From assembly GCA_034717975.1 (NCBI GenBank), contig JAYEMF010000139.1:1-31028 (forward strand): a stretch of 31,028 nt of DNA. The letters are read 5' to 3'. Position numbers and translations under genes: made by a program. Positions within the stretch are counted from its first letter, which is position 1. Each line of letters begins with the position of its first letter. The notes below the pieces were generated by a model, which worked only from the letters and a program-made list of their open reading frames with translations, did not search any database and was not told where the DNA came from. Shown here piece by piece: positions 17,305 to 25,846 of this stretch. The stretch comes from Campylobacterota bacterium. GTDB taxonomy: Bacteria; Campylobacterota; Campylobacteria; Campylobacterales; Sulfurimonadaceae.

Positions 17305-17319
17305 GGGCACCTCTAAATT
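17305..17319. mobile_element. Possible isolated IS5-family/MITE-like terminal inverted repeat
   Basis: GGGCACCTCTAAATT resembles, from recall only, the GGGCACCTCTAA ends of IS5-like elements and MITEs. It sits exactly at the cluster boundary. No transposase or second copy is in the window. Confidence 0.35.
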
Positions 17320-18521
17320 CAAATATAAAGCTTTTTGCCCATAGATGATATTGAAATTTCATCTAACTGCTTTAATGAAAATGAAAAATTCAATGTTCCG
17401 AATGCACTAACAAGAAGTTTTGTTATCTCTTGATGTGTCACAGGAGCGTTCGCCTGGAAAACTATTTCCAACTTTTCATCACGTAGTCCCTCGTTGTTCT
17501 TAATAGTAACAATAGCCTTATCAACGTTATCAAGCTTTTCAATGATCTGCTCGATCTGGGCCGTGGATATCCTTTTCCCGGCGATCTTGGCAATTCTACC
17601 ACTTCGTCCGATTAATTCAAAGGAGCCGTCAGGCTGTGCAGTAATGATATCTTCGGTCTGGAAAGGGAGGTGTTGCGGTTCTATTTGAGCTTTCAAAAGA
17701 TAGCTTGAGACATAAGGAGATGTTACAGCCAAATACTCTGCAGATTGTGAGATCTCTACATCCGGAAGCGGTGACCACAAAGATGAACCATTGTATTTAT
17801 AGGCAATCCCACCTGTTTCAGTAGAGCCGAACAGTTGCAGAAGATCAGACAGATAATGGGAATGAAAAGTGTCAGCCTCTTCGGGTGCCAGTGGACCTGT
17901 AGAGCTCAGAAAAAGGGTATGTGGCATCTTTTCAGGACGTTTTAACCGGTTGAGTGCCCGGATAAAAACCGGAGTCGTAACAATAAGAGTCCCGGGCTGG
18001 CTGGCTTCATGCAAAAGCTCATCAGGTAAAAACTCCTCTTTAACGACTAACTCTGCACCGATATAATTTGGCAGAAGCACCCCTGCAAGAATCCCGTAAA
18101 TGTGTACATAAGGTACAGTTGCCACCACACGGCTAATCGCGTAAGGCTCGATCAATGAAGCGAGAGCCTGCAGCTCACGCTCGATATTCCCTCGGCTCTT
18201 AAGTGCTCCCACCGGGAAACCGGTACTGCCTGAGGTGAAAAAAAGAAGTGCAGCCTCTTTTGAAATATAAGAGGGTTTAGCAGAACCCTCAGGCAGAGGA
18301 CAGATATCCATCTCGGCGATACGTTCTGCCAGAGCTTTATGGTTATTGTCATAAAGCACTGTACAGACTCCATTCTTCAACGCATTAAAAAAGATCATGA
18401 TCTGCTGCTGTTTAGAAGCACCCTGAAGTGTACCCCAACGCCTACTCTCTGACATCATCCGGGTATTTTGCACTGTTTGGGTGCTTCGGCCGCCGTCGGG
18501 ACTTATATAGGTTAGTCTCAT
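17319..18521 (-). CDS. AMP-binding acyl-CoA/acyl-ACP synthetase (ApeH/XanA2-like starter ligase)
   Basis: FTSGSTG.P, FGSTETGG, GR..RIAKIAGKRIS and terminal SMGKK. Confidence 0.88.
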   Translation of the reverse strand: MRLTYISPDGGRSTQTVQNTRMMSESRRWGTLQGASKQQQIMIFFNALKNGVCTVLYDNNHKALAERIAEMDICPLPEGSAKPSYISKEAALLFFTSGSTGFPVGALKSRGNIERELQALASLIEPYAISRVVATVPYVHIYGILAGVLLPNYIGAELVVKEEFLPDELLHEASQPGTLIVTTPVFIRALNRLKRPEKMPHTLFLSSTGPLAPEEADTFHSHYLSDLLQLFGSTETGGIAYKYNGSSLWSPLPDVEISQSAEYLAVTSPYVSSYLLKAQIEPQHLPFQTEDIITAQPDGSFELIGRSGRIAKIAGKRISTAQIEQIIEKLDNVDKAIVTIKNNEGLRDEKLEIVFQANAPVTHQEITKLLVSAFGTLNFSFSLKQLDEISISSMGKKLYI

Positions 18522-20632
18522 CGCATCCCTTTCAGAAGTATATGCATGGCAATAATTCCTGTTGTAATCGTTATCCCGATGGAAAAGAGAGCAGTTATAC
18601 TGCTGAAAATCAATACACCGAATCCGGCAAACGTACTAAGCAGTGCGTACCGTATTGCATGTCTGGTCTGATGCTGTGCTTTGGAACGGCTCATATAGAT
18701 ACCATAATCGATCCCTATCGCCAAGAGAATGATCAATGCGAACAGATGCATAATATTCAGTGGGCCAAGAAGGGATATGATCAGCAGAGAGGCTGCTATA
18801 GGGAAAAGCATAAAGTTAAGTGCATAAAAAAACCGTCTTCGAACCGCTACAGCCAGCAAGATCAGGATAATCCCCAATGCTGCCACACTGTAGTTCACTA
18901 TCTGGCCATGCATGATCGAGGCACTCTTTTCCAGAGACTTGGCAATATCGAGAGGTTCAACAAAAGAGAGGGGCTGAACACTCTGCATCTCTTCAGGAAC
19001 AATCAGTGCCAGCGAAATATAACGCTCTTCAAAAGCGATAACAGGCATATGCATGCGCTTTAATACCTCCAGCCCTTCTCCTATATCACATGATGGCAGA
19101 TCACGGGTGAAGTTATAGGCATTTTCGAAAAGGCCTTTTCGAAACCCAAGCTGCTCTGCTGATGCAGAGATACTGCTGCGCAATGCACTGAAATCGATGG
19201 AGGCCAACAGCTCTTTTCTCTCCCGGCAGCGCTTTTGGTCCAAAGCAAAAAGGGCTGCAGAGAGAGATGACGGTGCACGCGACTGCAGCTCCTGCGCAAA
19301 GCCAAGAAGCTGATCTTGCGTATCGGCTTGTATCAGAACCGGAACATACTGTTTTTGGTTGAGTGCTTCTGTAAACTGCTTTTCTATACTCTGCAGGGAG
19401 TTGTTTTGATAATCAAGATGACGCAGGTTGGTATCAAAGGTGATCTGTTTCAGAGCAATAAACAGAAAAACAGCACTAACCACTGTAACAACAACCGGAT
19501 GGAGTCTGAAATGGTTTTCCCTATCTGTTTTTGTAGGCTTTGCCTGCTGGAGATCGAGATAGGGAAAAACAGAGGTAAAGAGCAGGTAAGCGGCAAGCAG
19601 GGCAATGGCAGAGAAAAAACTCATCTGTGATACAAGGGGAATGGGGATCGTATAGAGGATCATAAAGGCGATAAAAGTCGTTATGAAACCAAAGAAGATA
19701 TCTTTGTCGAATGCCACTTTACGCTGAGTGTAGCGGTTATGGAAAAAGTTGTGGAACATATAATCGATGCTCACGGTACTGATGCTGATACCAAATGCCA
19801 GGGCCATCAGGTTGATGGTCTCAAAAACAGAAGAGCTTAACAGCAGTGCGGCCAGGATGGAAGAGCCCAGGGCGATAAGGGTCTGACTCAAAAGATGGAT
19901 GTTGCGTAAAATAATCCAGTAGATCAAAATCAGCAGAATGGATGAGATGAAGATGATTTTTGTAACATCACCTTGTATGACACCGCTGTTCTCAACCGAA
20001 TAGAAAAAAGGTGAAAAGGCCAGAGTATCGGGATACGGTGAGAGAATGAATTTAACCTCATGATAGAGGAGCTTGGCCTCTTTCAGATCTGCCGGGCTTA
20101 CTGTCGTACGTGCACGCAGTAAAAACCCAAACTCAGGCAGTGTCAAAGAGGAGTGGAACGAGGGAGGCTGAGCCACGTTTGGCAAGGTGAAGAGGCCAAG
20201 GGGGTCTGCGGTGTTGATAGGGGTATACATCGCAGCGTTAAATTGACGCTCCCGTACTCTTTCGAGTCTCTGATAGATGGAAGATTCTGAGAGGTCAGTT
20301 TCATGGAATGTCGACAGGAGAGGATAATGCGCCTGCAGGTACGATTGTGTTTTCTGATCTGGCACTGCGGAAGTCTCTACTGAAGTTACGGAGGGATTCT
20401 CTATGAGTCGTGACGCAATCTTCTCTATCGTCCCTTTTGAAGTCGAACTAAAACCCTTTACGGCAATAAGCAGTTCATTGGAGTAGCCCATTTTGTCTGC
20501 AGCATTGACAGTTTCCAGCGTTTTTGGCGAAGCGAACAGCTCGATGAGATTGGTTGAAAAGTTTATCTGTTTATGAAAAGCAGCGGCTGTGCCTAGCAGG
20601 AAGAGAAAAATCAGAAGATTAAGGAATCGCAT
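18518..20632 (-). CDS. MMPL-family membrane exporter (ApeM-like)
   Basis: Two TM bundles separated by periplasmic loops, with SIDY..H, GIDYGIY and STFAGFGVLIFS. ATG 20656 is the alternative start. Confidence 0.85.
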   Translation of the reverse strand: MRFLNLLIFLFLLGTAAAFHKQINFSTNLIELFASPKTLETVNAADKMGYSNELLIAVKGFSSTSKGTIEKIASRLIENPSVTSVETSAVPDQKTQSYLQAHYPLLSTFHETDLSESSIYQRLERVRERQFNAAMYTPINTADPLGLFTLPNVAQPPSFHSSLTLPEFGFLLRARTTVSPADLKEAKLLYHEVKFILSPYPDTLAFSPFFYSVENSGVIQGDVTKIIFISSILLILIYWIILRNIHLLSQTLIALGSSILAALLLSSSVFETINLMALAFGISISTVSIDYMFHNFFHNRYTQRKVAFDKDIFFGFITTFIAFMILYTIPIPLVSQMSFFSAIALLAAYLLFTSVFPYLDLQQAKPTKTDRENHFRLHPVVVTVVSAVFLFIALKQITFDTNLRHLDYQNNSLQSIEKQFTEALNQKQYVPVLIQADTQDQLLGFAQELQSRAPSSLSAALFALDQKRCRERKELLASIDFSALRSSISASAEQLGFRKGLFENAYNFTRDLPSCDIGEGLEVLKRMHMPVIAFEERYISLALIVPEEMQSVQPLSFVEPLDIAKSLEKSASIMHGQIVNYSVAALGIILILLAVAVRRRFFYALNFMLFPIAASLLIISLLGPLNIMHLFALIILLAIGIDYGIYMSRSKAQHQTRHAIRYALLSTFAGFGVLIFSSITALFSIGITITTGIIAMHILLKGMR

Positions 20633-21113
20633 CACGGTTCCTGATGGTAATCGCATCGCCGTTTGTCATTCCGATGGTAAATGTCACAATGCGGCCCTGC
20701 TCTGTTTTTACTGAAATCTCCCGGACAAAGCGACCAAGATCCGATGTCGGTGTAAGAGTATAGCCATCCTCCTGCATAAGAATCTCAAAATCTTTTTCCA
20801 GTTTGGTTGTATCATTGTCATGCAGCAGAAGAAGCATATCGAAATAGATTTTTATGCCGCTGAGTACGTTACTGTCGGGTTGCATGGGTGTCCCATCCGC
20901 ATCGATAATCTGCAGATCCCCCTGACGATAGGTAATGCTGCGCTTATCGGGGAGTTGATAATTGACCGTAACACCATCTGGTTCAAAGCTAATTACCCCT
21001 TCACGTTCTATCGTCTTGTCAAAGGCACTGATGTAGCGCTCTTCCGAAAAATGGTAACTCTCTGCTACCGCTATTGAAGCCAGAAACAGGCTTAGTACCA
21101 TTAGATAGCGCAT
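20619..21113 (-). CDS. LolA-like periplasmic lipid carrier (ApeL-like)
   Basis: Signal peptide, F.EERYI......REG, NYQLP, L.P......V..I and GD.ITI. Located next to MMPL. Confidence 0.75.
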   Translation of the reverse strand: MRYLMVLSLFLASIAVAESYHFSEERYISAFDKTIEREGVISFEPDGVTVNYQLPDKRSITYRQGDLQIIDADGTPMQPDSNVLSGIKIYFDMLLLLHDNDTTKLEKDFEILMQEDGYTLTPTSDLGRFVREISVKTEQGRIVTFTIGMTNGDAITIRNRDAIP

Positions 21114-21838
21114 AGGCGTTCCTTCTCTTTTTGCATGAGCTCTTGAGCATGGTGTGCCATACTTTTTGCACTTGTAAACATTTCAGGCCGGATCGGTTCC
21201 AAAACACTCACACGGATATCGACACTCTCTACCGTAGCCAGGCAGAACTGTGATTTGGGGAGCAGCGCCTGTGTCCCCTCGATAACAACGGGGACAATCG
21301 GACGTTGCGTCTTTATAGCGAGCCGAAAGGCGCCCTGCTTAAAAGGGTTTAGTTTGGCCCCGGTATGCCGTGTCCCTTCGGCGAAAAAAATCACATTGCC
21401 GCCGATTTTCAGCATGGTTTCCAACTCCAGATAGCTTTTATAGAGAGCTGCCGCATCGTGACGCTCCAGAAAACGGGCTCCTAAAAGTTTTCCTACCAGT
21501 GCAATAAAAGGGATTGCTGAAAAATTGATACGGGTTAAAATGAGATAATCCGGGATCAGGCATCCCAATACCGGGTAGTCGATATGGGACTGATGCGTCG
21601 AGATATAGATAGCTGATGAGGGTAATTCAGGCAGGTCAGGCAGATGCAGCCTGAATTTTGGCATACTCCAGAAAAAGAAACGGTAGATCCATGAGGCAAG
21701 ATGCTGGAATATCACTTCCGGACGGGAGTGAAAAGGTTTGATAAGATAATAGAGCAGCAGCGAGGGGAGAACAAAGAGAGCTATGGTGCCGAAGAAGAGT
21801 CCGAACCCCACAAAGCTAAGCAAGCAAGCGTAACGCAT
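21101..21838 (-). CDS. Lysophospholipid/glycerol acyltransferase (PlsC family, ApeD-like)
   Basis: HX4D motif THQSHID, plus FAEGTR, FKQGAF and PIVPV. Confidence 0.88.
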   Translation of the reverse strand: MRYACLLSFVGFGLFFGTIALFVLPSLLLYYLIKPFHSRPEVIFQHLASWIYRFFFWSMPKFRLHLPDLPELPSSAIYISTHQSHIDYPVLGCLIPDYLILTRINFSAIPFIALVGKLLGARFLERHDAAALYKSYLELETMLKIGGNVIFFAEGTRHTGAKLNPFKQGAFRLAIKTQRPIVPVVIEGTQALLPKSQFCLATVESVDIRVSVLEPIRPEMFTSAKSMAHHAQELMQKEKERLCAI

Positions 21839-22358
21839 AAAACCTTCCGTACAGATAGTGGGCGATACCGGCTACCGCGAACAAGATATACCATCCGACT
21901 GAACTGTAAAAGGCCCATACCTGGAGTGAAAAGTAGGTGATGACCACCCACTGCACCATACTGTTGGCTCCCGTAACCATAGCCCAGTAAAGATCGGAGG
22001 CAGAAAGATAGCGCACTTCGGCATGGCTCAGCTCTTTGGGATAAAAGCGTTTGACAAAACCCAGTACCATCCTTTTTTTACCAATCACCGCACCGACGAA
22101 CATAAGAAAAAAGAGTATGGAAATAAGTAGCGGAATATTTTTAATGAGGTTCAGCGAATCCATCAGCGCCGCCCCAAGTGTAAATAGAAAGTAGATCAGA
22201 GGTACTGCCAGAGAGCGCGTCAAGCCCTCTTTATAGACCTGTATGATGATCCATAAAAAGACCAGCATTGCAGCAAAAAATGCCGTCTCGGCAAGCGGGA
22301 AAAAAGAGAGTGCAATTAAAAAAGAAGGGGCGAAAACAAGCGTGGCCAGATTATTCAT
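21816..22358 (-). CDS. Integral membrane protein (ApeG/COG4648-like)
   Basis: About 6 TM helices with W..Y...GWY. Directly follows the ACP as in ape clusters. GTG 22361 is the alternative start. Confidence 0.7.
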   Translation of the reverse strand: MNNLATLVFAPSFLIALSFFPLAETAFFAAMLVFLWIIIQVYKEGLTRSLAVPLIYFLFTLGAALMDSLNLIKNIPLLISILFFLMFVGAVIGKKRMVLGFVKRFYPKELSHAEVRYLSASDLYWAMVTGANSMVQWVVITYFSLQVWAFYSSVGWYILFAVAGIAHYLYGRFYALRLLA

Positions 22359-22599
22359 CACTTACTTGCATAACAAAACGGACGACATCTCCAACGGTAC
22401 GCAAATTTTTTGCCTCCTCATTGTTCACTTCGATATCCAGTTCATTATCCAAGGTAACCATAAGGTCGATTGCATCAAGGCTGTCGAGCTCCAGGTCTGT
22501 AAACAGGTTCGACTCCATCGTCATAGCATCTTTTTCTACTTCAAACTCTTCATGTAAAATAGCTGTAATCTTAGTGTAAACCTCTTCTTCTTGTAACAT
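22351..22599 (-). CDS. Acyl carrier protein
   Basis: Acidic 82-aa protein with the phosphopantetheine site DLELDSLDAIDL and TVGDVV. Confidence 0.95.
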   Translation of the reverse strand: MLQEEEVYTKITAILHEEFEVEKDAMTMESNLFTDLELDSLDAIDLMVTLDNELDIEVNNEEAKNLRTVGDVVRFVMQVSDE

Positions 22600-22602
22600 A
22601 AA

Positions 22603-23829
22603 TTATCCTTCATACTTTTTAAATATTATTGAGGTGTTTATTCCACCAAATGCAAAATTATTATTCATTGCAATTTTAATATCTTTTAGCATGTTTTCTT
22701 CTAAAACGTCAATGGGAGCACACTCTTTATCTAATGTTTTGAAATTCATAGTTTTTGGCAGCAGTGATCTGTTTAAAGCGATTAAGCAGATAATACTCTC
22801 AACCACGCCACACCCGCCGAGCAGATGTCCCATATGACCTTTTGTACTGCTTATAGGTGTATTTGAACCAAAAAGAGTATAAGTCGCTTGTGATTCGGCA
22901 ATATCACCTCTTTGCGTTGCCGTTGCATGGGCATTGATATACTCTATGTCGCCGGCCTGCACAGACGCATCTTCCAAAGCAGTTTCCATAACCTGCTGCA
23001 TACCATCTTTTGAAGGAGTAGTGATATGTGAACCATCACAACTTGTCGCATAACCGATCACCTCTCCATAGATTTTAGCACCACGTCCGAGCGCGTGTTC
23101 CAGCTCTTCGAGCACTACAGCACCACTCCCTTCCCCTAAAACCAAACCGTCACGGCTCTCATCAAAAGGGCGGGAAGCAACTTTTGGTTCATGGTTATGT
23201 TTGGTAGATGCCGCGCCCATGACATCAAATACCCCGCCAGCCAGGTAATGAAGCCCTTCCGAACCGCCGCAGATCATAACATCGCTCATACCGTATTTGA
23301 CACTTTCATACCCTGCTCCAATGGCCTGGGATGAAGAGGTGCACGCTGAGCATGTTGGCAGGTTACGACCCTTGATCCCGAACATTTGAGCCAGGTTTGC
23401 CGCAACGGTATGGCTCATAATTTTTAAGAATGCCATAGAATTTTGACCACGGAAGCTCATGCTCTGTTTAACTTCGGGAACATACTCAAAGATAGTCTCA
23501 TTTCCACCCATAGTTGAGCCAAAAGCAAGTCCGCATCGTTTTGAACCCATTAAATCCTGAGAAAGCTCTGCATCATTGATGGCATCTTGAGTGGAAATGG
23601 CACTGAGCTGGGCTACTCTGTCCATTGAACGACGATATTTTCTGGGAATTGATTTTAAATCCACCGCTTTGACAACACCGGCGACTTTGGTACTTAAATG
23701 GTCAATCTCGTCCCATTCGGGAATGTACTCAATACCGCACTTCTCCTCCCGTAGACTCTTAAAGAGCTCATCATAACTGTTACCAAGCGGCGAGTTCAGT
23801 CCCACGCCGGTAATCACAACACGTCTCAT
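22603..23829 (-). CDS. Beta-ketoacyl-ACP synthase (FabF/ApeR-like)
   Basis: MRRVVITG, Cys-His-His triad (SACTSS, NAHATAT, KGHMGH), DGLVLGEG and NNFAFGGIN. Confidence 0.93.
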   Translation of the reverse strand: MRRVVITGVGLNSPLGNSYDELFKSLREEKCGIEYIPEWDEIDHLSTKVAGVVKAVDLKSIPRKYRRSMDRVAQLSAISTQDAINDAELSQDLMGSKRCGLAFGSTMGGNETIFEYVPEVKQSMSFRGQNSMAFLKIMSHTVAANLAQMFGIKGRNLPTCSACTSSSQAIGAGYESVKYGMSDVMICGGSEGLHYLAGGVFDVMGAASTKHNHEPKVASRPFDESRDGLVLGEGSGAVVLEELEHALGRGAKIYGEVIGYATSCDGSHITTPSKDGMQQVMETALEDASVQAGDIEYINAHATATQRGDIAESQATYTLFGSNTPISSTKGHMGHLLGGCGVVESIICLIALNRSLLPKTMNFKTLDKECAPIDVLEENMLKDIKIAMNNNFAFGGINTSIIFKKYEG

Positions 23830-25157
23830 TTCAACTCCTCAAAATAACCTGCAACTTTTGCCGCACCCAGATAACACCCTAACAGCCCGGGTGCCAAGGC
23901 ACTCTCTCCCGCTAAAAACAGGTTTTCAACTCTGGTTTTTGCCATCACCATTGATAGACTTTTTTGTTTGGCAGAACACAAAATACCGTATGTGCTTCCC
24001 CGATAACCATTGGAATAGTGCTGTTTTGTCAATGGAGTAGAACAGCCAAGAACCTCAATGTTTCCAAAATCATAAAGCTTTTTGATTCTCGATATATGCG
24101 CTTCACACTCTTCTTGCTTACGTTTTTTGTACTCGCTTCTATCAAGATCAGCATAGCTGTCAAAACTGCTTTCACCTAAAATGGTCACCACGCTTTTTCC
24201 ATCACGCTTACGGGCCGGAAGCACGGAGTAGAGATCATCGCCATAAAAGTACAAATTGGATTTTATATCTGCATCAACAAGACAGAAGATTGAAAAAAAC
24301 GGCGGCGACTCCTGAAGTCGGTTGATATGCTGTTGATAACGTTTGAGTTTTTTATCGGTAATGTCAAAAAGGTTCATTGTAGTTCGGGGGTGAAGTGTAC
24401 TTATGATGGAGTCATAATATTCGGTTCCATCTTGCGTGACTAAGGCGTTAATGCCATTTTCATCATAGAGTATCTGCTTGACTTCATGTCTGGTTTTGAT
24501 AGTGGTATCTTTGAGCGAGCTCTTCAAAGCATCAACGATGGCCCGGCCATTCCCCTTGATTTTTCGGGTGCCATCGAGCATATTGATCATTATCTTTGCA
24601 TAGATCTCGAATGAGGCCTCTTCGTAAAGCACGTTGGCATAGAAAATGGTAAAGTGCAAAAGTATTTTTCTAAGAAGTGGGTCCTCTATCTCTTTTAGAA
24701 CATCTTTAACGCTGCGTGAATCAATATTTACAAAATCATCTTTCTCTTTTAGAGTGACTTCTCCGGCTTCGTGGCATTTTTTAAAAAAGAGTTCCAAACT
24801 CTCCCGCTCATCTTCAAAACGGTTTTGCAGTTTTTCTTTAAACAGCTTTGAACCGTTAGGAATAGTGAACGTCTCCTCTTCAAAATAGAGGGTATCAAAA
24901 TCACCTTCATACTCATAGAGTTCAAGCTTCTCTAAAAGATGGTGTTTTTTAAACTCTTCATACAGAAACTGCCCCGGTGCCAGTGAACCTGAGTAATGAA
25001 AACCGACATCAAACATCACAGACTTTCGTTTAAATGAGTCGATAACACCGCCAACTTTAGGCAGTCTCTCATAGATAGTGGGCTTGTACCCTTTCTGTTC
25101 CAAGAAAAAGGCGCAGAGCAATCCGCTCAGCCCACCGCCGATGACAGCAACACTCAT
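23826..25157 (-). CDS. FAD-dependent oxidoreductase, phytoene desaturase/retinol saturase-like
   Basis: VIGGGLSG...ER...GG, FDVGFHY, STPLT...Y...GSTYG and NLFLAGES...PG. Confidence 0.85.
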   Translation of the reverse strand: MSVAVIGGGLSGLLCAFFLEQKGYKPTIYERLPKVGGVIDSFKRKSVMFDVGFHYSGSLAPGQFLYEEFKKHHLLEKLELYEYEGDFDTLYFEEETFTIPNGSKLFKEKLQNRFEDERESLELFFKKCHEAGEVTLKEKDDFVNIDSRSVKDVLKEIEDPLLRKILLHFTIFYANVLYEEASFEIYAKIMINMLDGTRKIKGNGRAIVDALKSSLKDTTIKTRHEVKQILYDENGINALVTQDGTEYYDSIISTLHPRTTMNLFDITDKKLKRYQQHINRLQESPPFFSIFCLVDADIKSNLYFYGDDLYSVLPARKRDGKSVVTILGESSFDSYADLDRSEYKKRKQEECEAHISRIKKLYDFGNIEVLGCSTPLTKQHYSNGYRGSTYGILCSAKQKSLSMVMAKTRVENLFLAGESALAPGLLGCYLGAAKVAGYFEELK

Positions 25158-25846
25158 CTAACCATTCCGCCACTGATATTGAGAACTTCGCCTGTAACAT
25201 AACCGGCTTTATCGGCTAGAAAAAAGACACACTCGGCTACATCTTCAGGTTCTCCGATGCGTTTTAGAGGTATCGCTTTTTTCATCTCTTTTAAATTCAA
25301 CTCTTTTGTCATTTCAGATGCTATGAGTCCGGGTGCCACCGCATTGACACGGATTTTATATCTTGCCACCTCGGCTGACAATGCTTTTGTAAAGGCGATC
25401 ATCGCTCCCTTTGCAGCTGAATAATTTGTCTGTCCGGCATTCCCTACAAGACCGGAAACTGACGCGACATTGACAATCGCACCATTTTTCCTGGCAATCA
25501 TATTTTTAAGTACAGCTTTCGTGACATAATAGGTTCCATTCACCGATGTATCGATCACATCACTCCACTCTTCATCGCTCATCCAAAAGAAGAGGTTGTC
25601 TCTGGTAATACCCGCATTGTTGACCAGAACATCCACATCAAGATCTTCCAACGCTTCTGTGATCTGTTCTTTACTGGTGATATCAAAACAGAGCAGTTCA
25701 GAATTCATCAACTCTTTTTGCAATGCCAGAGCTTTATCTCTTTGTGACCGGTAGTGAAGATAGACAAAATACCCTTCATCATGAAAATATTTTGCACAGG
25801 CCTCTCCAATGGCACCGGTCGAACCCGTAATCAAGACTTTTTTCAT
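25154..25846 (-). CDS. fabG: 3-oxoacyl-ACP reductase (FabG/ApeQ-like)
   Basis: TGSTGAIG, NNAGITRD, YSAAK and NAVAPG. Confidence 0.92.
   Translation of the reverse strand: MKKVLITGSTGAIGEACAKYFHDEGYFVYLHYRSQRDKALALQKELMNSELLCFDITSKEQITEALEDLDVDVLVNNAGITRDNLFFWMSDEEWSDVIDTSVNGTYYVTKAVLKNMIARKNGAIVNVASVSGLVGNAGQTNYSAAKGAMIAFTKALSAEVARYKIRVNAVAPGLIASEMTKELNLKEMKKAIPLKRIGEPEDVAECVFFLADKAGYVTGEVLNISGGMVR

Noticed and set aside
18428..19063. 211-aa plus-strand ORF
   Set aside because: Antisense shadow of the MMPL gene with atypical composition.
23826..25157. Carotenoid biosynthesis locus
   Set aside because: No crtB/crtE/crtY is present, and the context is ACP-dependent synthesis.
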